This document shows positions 26,691-34,744 of a stretch of DNA of 47,249 nucleotides, piece after piece. The stretch spans positions 1-47,249 of IMG/VR virus record IMGVR_UViG_3300036786_000032; one strand, 5' to 3'. Every line of letters begins with the position of its first letter. Positions within the stretch are counted from its first letter, which is position 1. The translations under genes were made by a program, and so were the position numbers. Source of the stretch: a virus (Duplodnaviria; Caudoviricetes). Under the pieces are notes generated by a model. That model was not told the DNA's origin, did not search any database, and was given only the letters and a program-made list of their open reading frames with translations.

Positions 26691-28832
26691 TCACTGCTCC
26701 AGGTCCAGCCACCGCACGTCGCTCACCGGCGGCTCCACCTGCCGCGCCTGCCAGGCAATGCTCCACTTGAATACGGCGTCGTCGGGCTTCCCCTCGTACT
26801 TGCCCGACCGCTGCTTCACGAACCCGACCATCTCCTGCAGGAGCTGCTGGCTCCGCACGAGCATGTGCCCGTCCTCGACGGCCTCCTTGAGCTCGCTGAG
26901 CATCACCGGGCGGGTCTTCGGGCTGGTCACCCACCCGGGGCGACCGTCCTCGGCGTAATACAGAGTTGGGCAGTAGAGCGGGTCCTCGGGGTTCGCGCTG
27001 TGCTCGAGGACCGCGTGCCCATGGTTATTCCGCTCGATCGCCGCCAGCGCGCCGTTGTACCGGGCAGCCCAGTGTCTCACGTGGGCCGCGAGCTCGGCGG
27101 GCCGGAACACGCCGTGCACCTCGGCAACCTGCTCGCCCGTCCTCTTCTTCAGGATGCCGAGCCCGTTCGGGTCGCTCTTGGGCACGCCCTCGGAGGTGTC
27201 TGCCCCCAGCACATACTCCTCGTCAGGCTGCGGCTCCTCCCAGACGACCTCGTACCCGCCTGGGATCGCGGTCACCTCGTAGGGCGGGAGAGCCTCGAGC
27301 AAATCGAAGAGAGTGCTCGCTGTGAAGTAGCAGAGGCCCTCGGTCAAGAAGCAGGACCCATCGTCCTCGACGTACTCCTGCCTGAATAGGCCCCTGAGCT
27401 CTTGTCTCTTTACCCTGCGCCAGGCTATCTGTGACAGTGTCAGCTTGTGCCGCTGGATCAGGTCCCTCTCCTCATCGTCAAGCGTATCTCGGAGCTCCGT
27501 TTCCGAGAACGCTGTGTCAGACAGCTTCAGGGACGGGTCCCAGAACCACGGAAGAAACATGGGCGTGAAAGAGTTCTGGTTCTTCTTTGCGTCCTGATAC
27601 GCCTCGAAGAACCACTCCCGCCCGTTGGGCGTGGACTCGAGGACCATCTCGCCTTCAGACGCTGCCTCGCTCAGGCCGGCGACCAGGTCGTTCACGAGGC
27701 CGGCACGCTTGCCTGTCGTATCCCACTTACTCACCTCTGAACCGTGCACCCTCTGGAGCGTGTCCCCGCGTCCCTCCCCCGTGCCTCCAGCCGTGCCGAT
27801 CGTGAAGAGCGAGTTGAGGTCTGGAAAGTCGAGCCTCTTTGAGTTCCCAACGCCGCGAATTCTAGGCGCCAAGGGATCTTTTGCATGCATCAGTCGCGCG
27901 ATCCGAAAGATGGTCGCCGTCGCCTCCCTCTTGTGCGCTAGCGTGAGCGCGGACATGTTCTCTCGCGTCGCACAGAGCTGGTAGCTCAGACCCTGCTCGA
28001 GCGTCGTGAACCCGCCCCGCCGGTACTTCAGGAGGATAAACCTCAGGGGCCGGCCCTCTGCCCTCGCCTTGGCTGCCGCGACCTGCTTCATCGCCAGGTA
28101 CGTCCGCTGGATGCTCCGCAGCCGAAACGGGATCACGTTCCCCTGCTTGTCCCTGATCTGCAGGCGGCGTCGCGCGAAGACGTTGAACCGGAGGCGCTCG
28201 AGCCCTGTCTGCTGATACTGCCCCTCGTACTCACGGGCATACCGCGCTGCCGACATTGATGCCCTCACCTGGTCGAGCCCGCGTGGCAGGGCGACGCCGC
28301 CGGCTACGGCGTCCTCTGCCGTGACGCGCCGACACGGGACCCGCCCAGACTCGGCCAGCGCGTGCAGCCAGTGCCCCGGGGGCGGGAACGCGCCCAGGAA
28401 CCTCGTGGAGCCTCGCACCCGCTGGGCCACCCACGCAGAAGGGTCAGGCAGCCTGTCAGCGTCGGACACGACCGCGTCCAGGCAGTCGTTCAGGGGTAGC
28501 CGCTCATAGTCCGTGCCGTCTGAGGCGTCTGCCAGGAACAGCTCACTACCGTTCGGCAGCGCATAGGTCCCGCCCCTCGGCTTGAGCCGGTCTCCGAGCG
28601 GGGCGAGCCACGTCTCGACGAGGCGCCGGTCTGCCGCCGCGTTGGAGCTTACCCACAGGAACGCGTCCGGCTGCCCGACCGACTGCGCGAAGGAGCGTCC
28701 CAGCAGCCAGAGCAGAAACGCCTCGCGTGCCTTCGAGCATGGCGCAGCAAGCACGCAGAGGTCTCGCGCGGCGTCCTGTACGGCGTCGCGAAGCACTGGG
28801 TAGAGGCTGGCACGGAACGTGAGCTTCATCAC
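26691..28832 (-). CDS. terL: Terminase large subunit with extra N-terminal degenerate ATPase-like domain
   Basis: Walker A variant LKYRRGGFTT, GRGDTL..HGSEV, LESTPNG and FRQEY. Nuclease motifs YVLGADTSEG, IERNNHG and DDAV. Confidence 0.92.
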   Translation of the reverse strand: MMKLTFRASLYPVLRDAVQDAARDLCVLAAPCSKAREAFLLWLLGRSFAQSVGQPDAFLWVSSNAAADRRLVETWLAPLGDRLKPRGGTYALPNGSELFLADASDGTDYERLPLNDCLDAVVSDADRLPDPSAWVAQRVRGSTRFLGAFPPPGHWLHALAESGRVPCRRVTAEDAVAGGVALPRGLDQVRASMSAARYAREYEGQYQQTGLERLRFNVFARRRLQIRDKQGNVIPFRLRSIQRTYLAMKQVAAAKARAEGRPLRFILLKYRRGGFTTLEQGLSYQLCATRENMSALTLAHKREATATIFRIARLMHAKDPLAPRIRGVGNSKRLDFPDLNSLFTIGTAGGTGEGRGDTLQRVHGSEVSKWDTTGKRAGLVNDLVAGLSEAASEGEMVLESTPNGREWFFEAYQDAKKNQNSFTPMFLPWFWDPSLKLSDTAFSETELRDTLDDEERDLIQRHKLTLSQIAWRRVKRQELRGLFRQEYVEDDGSCFLTEGLCYFTASTLFDLLEALPPYEVTAIPGGYEVVWEEPQPDEEYVLGADTSEGVPKSDPNGLGILKKRTGEQVAEVHGVFRPAELAAHVRHWAARYNGALAAIERNNHGHAVLEHSANPEDPLYCPTLYYAEDGRPGWVTSPKTRPVMLSELKEAVEDGHMLVRSQQLLQEMVGFVKQRSGKYEGKPDDAVFKWSIAWQARQVEPPVSDVRWLDLEQ

Positions 28833-28833
28833 T

Positions 28834-29319
28834 CTAGTGCAGCCCGATCAGGTTGGTGTCTTCCCCTGCCATGTCCGTCGGCCTGAGGCCGGGTCTGGGC
28901 TGGTACGCGTACGCATTCGACGTGCCGGGGGCGCTGCCCGCCGTGACCCCGAACCCCGAGCGACCTCCCTCGTAGTAGTTCATGGGCTTGCCCGCGACTG
29001 TGGAAGTCGCCACGCGGCCGTACCCGGCCTCCGTCATGGCCTGGTGCACGACGGCGGGCTCGTGGTTCAGGCTCACCCCCGTATACGACGCCCCAGGCTG
29101 CGTCGGGTGCGGCTGTGCGCCGTTCGCGTACCCGGACAGGCGCATCGCCCCGAGCACCTCACGCGCCACTGGAGCGGGCGTAGGCACGTGCGAGTCGAAG
29201 TGGTCCTGGGCCGCGCTCTCTGGCAGCGACGCCGCGGGCGGCCGTCCGTACAGGTCGCCCAGTCCCTTGCGCGGCACGAAGTCCCGCATCACGGTGAAGT
29301 AGTCGGACAGCTCGTACAT
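28834..29319 (-). CDS. Hypothetical NYYE-domain protein with type II leader
   Basis: MYELSDYFTVMRDF leader; VHQAMTEAGY..NYYEGG..AYAY. Confidence 0.72.
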   Translation of the reverse strand: MYELSDYFTVMRDFVPRKGLGDLYGRPPAASLPESAAQDHFDSHVPTPAPVAREVLGAMRLSGYANGAQPHPTQPGASYTGVSLNHEPAVVHQAMTEAGYGRVATSTVAGKPMNYYEGGRSGFGVTAGSAPGTSNAYAYQPRPGLRPTDMAGEDTNLIGLH

Positions 29320-29395
29320 ATGTCACTTTTGGTAAGGCACTTATGTAAGACGGTTGCCACACGTCCTCTAAGCCATCCGAGAACGCCGACAGGTA

Positions 29396-29986
29396 TCAAC
29401 CCTTGCCAGCCGGTACTAGGGCGTCCTGGGCCACCCCTGTGGGCCCAACTCTCTCTGGTTTCATCACAAGCGTCCCGATTCGCACGCCGACGTCGGCGTG
29501 CCCGAGCGGGACGGGCACGCCGAGCGCGTCCGTCGGGTCGTCCAGGCTCTCCCCCAGGTCAGACACTGTCCGCGCGTCGAATAGCCGGACCTCTGCCAGG
29601 CGCCCGCGCTCGTCGCCAAGCAGTCGGCCAAGCAGCCTGACGACGGGAACCGGGTCGGGACACGACGCCAGGGCATCCCTCAGCGGGCAGTCAAGCGACG
29701 CGATTCCGTCCCCGGGCCGCAGGACTAGGGCCCAGTCCGCGCCGTCCCCGGCGTGACACCGGCGTGGCGGCCTCTCCGCCGCCGACGCCAGCGAGACCAT
29801 GCCCGGCCACATGTCAGCGACGGCCGACGCCGCAGCCGTGAGCGCGTTCTCGCCGGCTGGCGCCAGGAGAGTGACGCGGTCGACGCCCGCCGTGACCCAC
29901 TGGGCGACGGACTCAGCCAGCAGTGAGTCCCCGTACGGGGTCCCAGAGGACAGGTCGCAGTAGGCGTGGACGCGCATCTCGGTCAC
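29396..29986 (-). CDS. Hypothetical protein, possibly a degenerate GT-A glycosyltransferase
   Basis: LAESVAQW..GVDRVTLL, DWALVLRPGD (where GT2 enzymes have DW.L.LDADE) and VRLF. Confidence 0.4.
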   Translation of the reverse strand: MTEMRVHAYCDLSSGTPYGDSLLAESVAQWVTAGVDRVTLLAPAGENALTAAASAVADMWPGMVSLASAAERPPRRCHAGDGADWALVLRPGDGIASLDCPLRDALASCPDPVPVVRLLGRLLGDERGRLAEVRLFDARTVSDLGESLDDPTDALGVPVPLGHADVGVRIGTLVMKPERVGPTGVAQDALVPAGKG

Positions 29987-29988
29987 CG

Positions 29989-30321
29989 CTAGGACCCCGC
30001 GACGGTGCTGCCCGCTGGCGGCGTGTCCGTCGGTGAGCCCGTGCCCGACGACCGGTCGGGCGCCAGGGGCGCGTTGAGCGCTGGAGCCGGGTCGACGGCG
30101 TCGAGGGTCTGACCGACAGCCGTCAGGCTGGTGACCTCGTCGACGAGGTCAGGGCCGTTGACGACCGCGGCAAGCTTCTCGTTCAGGCTGTCGATGGCCG
30201 CCTGGAGCGTGGCGCTCGCGGCCTGCATCGCGGCCTCTCGGTCTGACACGCGCTTGAGCGCGTCGGTCAGCTTCTGGTTGACGCCCGCGATCGCGGCGTC
30301 TACGTCTTGCTTGGTTGCCAT
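29989..30321 (-). CDS. Small coiled-coil hypothetical protein
   Basis: Start at ATG 30321 with GAGGAG RBS (an upstream ATG at 30387 is also possible). Heptad-like Ala/Leu pattern. Confidence 0.6.
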   Translation of the reverse strand: MATKQDVDAAIAGVNQKLTDALKRVSDREAAMQAASATLQAAIDSLNEKLAAVVNGPDLVDEVTSLTAVGQTLDAVDPAPALNAPLAPDRSSGTGSPTDTPPAGSTVAGS

Positions 30322-30391
30322 GTCAAACTCCTCAGACAGTACTCGCGCGAGCTGCCTCACGAACGCCGTGTGCCATCGCTTGCGCATGGTG

Positions 30392-30544
30392 CTACTTGCC
30401 TTTTTTGTTGCTGCCCCTTCGAGCCGCGCTGTACGCGATCGCCACGGCTTGCTTCTGCGGCTTTCCGGCCCGGATCTCGGTCCGAATGTTCTGCTTGAAT
30501 CCGGGCTTGCCCGGCTGTGCGTTCTTCCCGTGCTTGAGCGGCAT
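30392..30544 (-). CDS. Small basic phage protein (MPLK..NI.TE..AGKPQKQAVAIA family)
   Basis: Manual translation MPLKHGKNAQPGKPGFKQNIRTEIRAGKPQKQAVAIAYSAARRGSNKKGK* with GGGAG RBS. This motif is common near phage head genes. Not in the ORF track. Confidence 0.8.
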   Translation of the reverse strand: MPLKHGKNAQPGKPGFKQNIRTEIRAGKPQKQAVAIAYSAARRGSNKKGK

Positions 30545-30569
30545 GGTGTGGTCTCCCGGCTAACTGACC

Positions 30570-30598
30570 CCCTGCGTGAGCATCGTCACCTCGCGTGA
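30570..30598. repeat. Exact 29-bp direct repeat, copy 1
   Basis: ccctgcgtgagcatcgtcacctcgcgtga, identical at 31334..31362. Confidence 0.92.
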
Positions 30599-30607
30599 AG
30601 GCTCGCC

Positions 30608-31327
30608 CTACTTTGGGAACACTGGGTGCTGGTTAGGAGAATACACGTACCCATGAAAGTTGTGCGCTTGCCCCTCGTCAGGGTCCCGTCTCACGTTTAC
30701 TGCTATCCCGCGGGCTCCGTTCTCGTAGAAGTTCGTCATCTCACCGTCGCGATGACCGCGGTCGTCACGATAGAACGGTGTCTTTCTCGCGGTCATGAAG
30801 CCCGCGTTCCTCGAATCGTCCATAGCATCCATAAATCCTGGTCGCTGTTCGGCGACATACGCTTCAGCATGTCCGACGTGCTTCATGCCGTTGGCCAGGA
30901 GACTGCGGTGGAGGTCGTCATGCACATCGTAGTAATCTTTCTCATTCTTCCACACGGAGCCCTGGAACTCAGGGTGTCCATGACTCTCGCGCGTCGCGTT
31001 GACATAGTCTGTGTACTTGCCTTCAGACAGCCTAGGCAGTCCCGCCGACTCCAGGATGTCGTTCGCCCTGGTTACGTTCATCTTCGACCTAGACCCAGCA
31101 TGTCGCCTAGCCTCCTCAGGATCGACCTGGTATGCCGCGGACCCAATCCCGCCATCGGATGAGATTGGGAATCGAGGGTCGTGCGACATCACCCATGCTC
31201 GCTTGGCCTTTCCGCGCTGCCCGCCTTCAGGAGAGTCAGTGACCCGGACCTTACCCTTACCGCGTACGATTGGATCGTGCGTAAAACACCGAGTTCTTGG
31301 GCTAAACTCAACGGCCATGACCATCAC
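30608..31327 (-). CDS. Hypothetical NYYE-domain protein with type I leader
   Basis: MAVEFSPRTRCFTHDPIVRG leader; LHRSLLANGMKH..NFYENGARGIAV..HGYVY. Bracketed by the 29-bp repeats. Confidence 0.75.
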   Translation of the reverse strand: MMVMAVEFSPRTRCFTHDPIVRGKGKVRVTDSPEGGQRGKAKRAWVMSHDPRFPISSDGGIGSAAYQVDPEEARRHAGSRSKMNVTRANDILESAGLPRLSEGKYTDYVNATRESHGHPEFQGSVWKNEKDYYDVHDDLHRSLLANGMKHVGHAEAYVAEQRPGFMDAMDDSRNAGFMTARKTPFYRDDRGHRDGEMTNFYENGARGIAVNVRRDPDEGQAHNFHGYVYSPNQHPVFPK

Positions 31328-31626
31328 TCCATTCCCTGCGTGAGCATCGTCACCTCGCGTGACGCGTCAAGTGCCACGCACAGGGCCTCGACGGCCGCCC
31401 GGGTCGTCCGATCGGCAGGCGGCATTATCTCGACCCCGTCCCGCAGCTCCCGGGCGGCTGTGGCCGGCTCCTGCGTCCAGCCGTGCTGGAACAGGTGCCA
31501 CGCCTCTTGGGCGTTGTCTGGCGGAAGGCGCTCGACCCAGGCGCGCAGGGCGGCGACGGCCGGGCCGTTGCCCAGTTCGGCGGCTGCCTCGGAGTCGTGG
31601 TCCGCGTCAGGGAGGGCAGTGAGCAT
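31324..31626 (-). CDS. Hypothetical protein
   Basis: 100 aa, tightly packed; its 3' end contains repeat copy 2. Confidence 0.6.
   Translation of the reverse strand: MLTALPDADHDSEAAAELGNGPAVAALRAWVERLPPDNAQEAWHLFQHGWTQEPATAARELRDGVEIMPPADRTTRAAVEALCVALDASREVTMLTQGME
31334..31362. repeat. Exact 29-bp direct repeat, copy 2
   Basis: Identical to 30570..30598; encodes SREVTMLTQG on the minus strand. Confidence 0.92.
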
Positions 31627-31629
31627 GGG

Positions 31630-32715
31630 CTACTTCTTGCCCTTCTTAGAGAACGTCCTAACCTCGACGTAGTCAGCTCCGGTATGCCTGGTATGCAGCT
31701 CGTGATGCCCGTCGTCGTCTTTCCTAACGTACACCTCACTCTGGTACGGTGTGGTAAAGGCCCGCTCGATGCCCAGAGGCTTATACTCCCAGTAATGTGA
31801 GTTTCTGGCTGACAGCGCGTGCTGCCATCCTACAGCCTCTAGTGAATCCTTGAGATCATTCGGTGTTGTGAGTGTGGCAGTCGCGCCCTCCCCGAGCTGG
31901 CCGCGGTGATGCAGTCCCGCCTCGTCTAAGATCTCCTTCGTCTTACGCAACGGGTTAGGCCTGGTGCCCTCGTCCAACGGACGGTAAAACACCTGGCCAA
32001 ACTTCGAGTCATCTACGTTCTTGTCGACAGACCTTCCTGGGTCGTCGCCATACTTACCGCCGAGCCCTTTGGTCGATGCGCCGAGAGGGATAGGCTTATC
32101 CTCCAGGATCGGGTGTGTCTCAGTCGAGTACGCGTACGCGGGAACCGGCCCGCGAGTCGCGTCGGTGGGGTCGTGCGCCACGGCCAGGCCGTGGCCGTTG
32201 GCGTCTGACTCGTAGTACCGGACCTGCATGCCGTTGTCGTCGCCGTCGGCCGTGGCAACGTGCTGGAACCCGCTGCTGCCGGCCGTCACCGCGTCATGCA
32301 CTGCCCCGGCGACCTGCGGGTGCGTCATGCGGCTCACGTCAGGGCTGCCGTTAGGGTTGGGCGACGCGGTCTGGTCGAGCCGACTGCTGCCCTCGACGGC
32401 TGGCGCCGAGGCTGCCAGCGACTTCGCCCACTGCGGATACTGGACCGCGGAACGCGTGTACGGCATGAGATGTGACAGCGGCGCGCCAGCCGCGGCGGCC
32501 GTGACGGCCAGATGGCCGGGCAGGGCGGCCGCGAGCCTGTGCGACGCGGCCCAGTCCTTGTCCACAGGGTACGGCGACCTTGCTGCCCCGACCGGCTCCT
32601 GACCCCTCGCGTAATCGGACGGACCGCGAACCACTACACCAGCGTGTAGAGGTCGCCCGGCAAAGGGCGCCGACTGCGGATTGGTGAACGATCTCGTGAC
32701 GGGGTTCCAAGTCAT
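31630..32715 (-). CDS. Hypothetical NYYE-domain protein with type I leader
   Basis: MTWNPVTRSFTNP leader; VHDAV..GFQHVAT..RYYES..GLAVAHDP..AYAY. A second, more diverged unit lies C-terminally. Confidence 0.72.
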   Translation of the reverse strand: MTWNPVTRSFTNPQSAPFAGRPLHAGVVVRGPSDYARGQEPVGAARSPYPVDKDWAASHRLAAALPGHLAVTAAAAGAPLSHLMPYTRSAVQYPQWAKSLAASAPAVEGSSRLDQTASPNPNGSPDVSRMTHPQVAGAVHDAVTAGSSGFQHVATADGDDNGMQVRYYESDANGHGLAVAHDPTDATRGPVPAYAYSTETHPILEDKPIPLGASTKGLGGKYGDDPGRSVDKNVDDSKFGQVFYRPLDEGTRPNPLRKTKEILDEAGLHHRGQLGEGATATLTTPNDLKDSLEAVGWQHALSARNSHYWEYKPLGIERAFTTPYQSEVYVRKDDDGHHELHTRHTGADYVEVRTFSKKGKK

Positions 32716-33305
32716 GTGCTCTCCTTCCGAAGTGCCATACCTCGCGAGCCGATGGGAGACCTCAAGGCGTCATACCTGTAGCCGTGTACCCGATGCTCGC
32801 CATCGTCATCCGAGTGTATCACGGCAACCCCCTTGCCGCCCTTCTCGTAGTAGTTCGCCACAGTTCCCGCGTACACGCGCTCCCCCGATCGACGAGCCGC
32901 CGGGCCACTGCTCAAGGCAGACTGCCCGGCGTGGGCGTACCCCTGACCGATGAAACGACCATGCACGACCTTCGCGATCTCAGCCGGGTCTGGGTCACTG
33001 CCGAGAATGCCGCCCGACAACGACACTGGGAGGGCGCCGCCCTCGAGCTTCTCAGAGGAGTACGCGTGTGCCAGTGCTGCGTTTCGCGACACCTGTCGGA
33101 TGCCAGCTGCACCAGCGTACACGGCCTTGTGGGCTGGATCGTCGTGAGCCAGAAACTCACCCAAGACCATGCGCCCCTTCTTCCCGCCGGTAGGGTCTGA
33201 CGACCCGTAGGGAGACCCGGTGGTCGCTAAGGGCGCAGGCCGCCGAGCGATTGGGTCGTTCACGAAGGCTTTCAGTCGTGGGTCGAAGTCCACAGGCGTC
33301 CTCAT
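32712..33305 (-). CDS. Hypothetical NYYE-domain protein with type I leader
   Basis: VDFDPRLKAFVNDPIAR leader; VHGRFIGQGYAH..NYYEKGGKGVAVIH..HGYRY. Confidence 0.72.
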   Translation of the reverse strand: MRTPVDFDPRLKAFVNDPIARRPAPLATTGSPYGSSDPTGGKKGRMVLGEFLAHDDPAHKAVYAGAAGIRQVSRNAALAHAYSSEKLEGGALPVSLSGGILGSDPDPAEIAKVVHGRFIGQGYAHAGQSALSSGPAARRSGERVYAGTVANYYEKGGKGVAVIHSDDDGEHRVHGYRYDALRSPIGSRGMALRKEST

Positions 33306-33919
33306 CTCTTGGAATAGTGATCTCGCCCGCCCTTCGGCTTCCCCGCCCGCTTGTCGGCGGCGTCATGGAACGTCAGCGTCGTGTGAGTGATCGGGCGGCC
33401 TGAGGCCTTGGCGCTGCCAATCATCCTGGTCGCCGCCACGGCCACCGTGCGCCCGCCGTCATGCGTCAGCACGTCGTGTCGGGTCCCCTGCTCAGTCCCG
33501 CCGGTCCCCAGGTGCTCGAACCCGCCCCGCTTGAGCGCGTCGACCACGCCGTCTTGACCTATCCCTCCGTGCACCGTGAGCGACGAGTACTCGCTCGGGG
33601 ACGTGCTGCACTGCATCCGCGAGGTTGAGAGCCCGAGGCCGTCCATCCGGCTGATCCAATCGTCGGACGTGACGACTGGGCCCTCGTCGAACTGGTCGTA
33701 GGCCTCGTGGAGGCGGTGCGGGCCCGATGAGGCGTCCGTGTCGCCCTGGCCGTGCGTGAACCGGGAGTCGGTAGGTGGCTCCCAGGGCAGGTCGGTGTTG
33801 GTAGGAGGGACAGGCTGTGCCAGCCGCCGAGTCGGGCGCGCGGGCGTCGCGGCCTTCCGACAGTAGTCGAATTGCGCCGACAGGAATGGGTTGAGCGACT
33901 CTGGCATGCTGTCCGTCAT
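33302..33919 (-). CDS. Hypothetical protein, possibly a diverged member of the NYYE-domain family
   Basis: ATG at 33919; VVDALKRGGFEHLGT resembles the VH..L..GY.H segment. Confidence 0.55.
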   Translation of the reverse strand: MTDSMPESLNPFLSAQFDYCRKAATPARPTRRLAQPVPPTNTDLPWEPPTDSRFTHGQGDTDASSGPHRLHEAYDQFDEGPVVTSDDWISRMDGLGLSTSRMQCSTSPSEYSSLTVHGGIGQDGVVDALKRGGFEHLGTGGTEQGTRHDVLTHDGGRTVAVAATRMIGSAKASGRPITHTTLTFHDAADKRAGKPKGGRDHYSKR

Positions 33920-33923
33920 CTTA

Positions 33924-34730
33924 TCAGGTTGGACGCCCACGGTCCATGCCCCTCGCCATACGGTACGGTATCCCTAGTCGATCGAGCTCCTCCCTGGCGT
34001 GAGGGAGCTCATGCCCCTGATGGAAGACCACCTCGGCTACATGCTCGGGATGCAAGCCGCCGTGGTACTGTGCCTCTACGTACCCGAACACGTGGCCTGG
34101 GAGGTCTTCGAATCGACTGGACGACGCGTCGTGACCGCTGGTCGCCACCTCCTCAGCCGGGAGTGACCGATACGACGGTCTCAAGTACAGCGAGGGGACG
34201 AACCCGTTCAGTGAGTGCCCGAACGAGTCCTCGCCAGTCCACGTGGTATGGTGGGCTACCGACTGCCGCTTCAAGCGCACGGCCACCCCGCCATACTGGC
34301 TCGCGCCGTCGCGTCTCATCGGGCCGCTCGGGCTCTCGCCGTCCGCGTGGTCGGTCAGGTACCCGTACACCGGGCGCTCATGGTGAGGGGTGCTCTCCTC
34401 GTCGTAACCGAACAGTGACCTCTCCAGTGAGCGACGGTTGGAGGGGCTGTACGTTCCGCCGCTGGACTGGATCTCGTGCTGCGTCTTCCAGCGACCGTCC
34501 CGAAGCGCGCCCGCGAGGGACTGCCCTGTCATCCTCACCCATGGATGAAGCCTGGGCACCGTCCTCTCAACCTGCGCCTGCAGCTCAGTCCTGTACGCTT
34601 CCGGTGACGTCCCGCGAGCTGCAGCGCCCGTCACGATGGCCCGTGGAAGCAGGTCCATGGGATGGTCTTGGCGCTCGCGCACCCCGTCCTCGCCGAACGT
34701 CGAGAGCACGACTTGATGGTATGACTGCAT
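33924..34730 (-). CDS. DUF3626-like single-domain protein
   Basis: PWVR, KTQHE, RPVYGYL, YG.VAVRL, TTWTGEDS and YVEAQYHGG; same domain as the four repeats in 37481..41122. Confidence 0.75.
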   Translation of the reverse strand: MQSYHQVVLSTFGEDGVRERQDHPMDLLPRAIVTGAAARGTSPEAYRTELQAQVERTVPRLHPWVRMTGQSLAGALRDGRWKTQHEIQSSGGTYSPSNRRSLERSLFGYDEESTPHHERPVYGYLTDHADGESPSGPMRRDGASQYGGVAVRLKRQSVAHHTTWTGEDSFGHSLNGFVPSLYLRPSYRSLPAEEVATSGHDASSSRFEDLPGHVFGYVEAQYHGGLHPEHVAEVVFHQGHELPHAREELDRLGIPYRMARGMDRGRPT

Positions 34731-34744
34731 GTTAGCCTAAGCAA

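Noticed and set aside
29320-29395. AT-richer intergenic stretch as a promoter
   Set aside because: No convincing -35/-10 pair could be identified by eye.
30570-31362. 29-bp repeats as a CRISPR array or IS ends
   Set aside because: Only two copies 764 bp apart enclosing a gene; no cas or transposase gene and no terminal inverted repeats.
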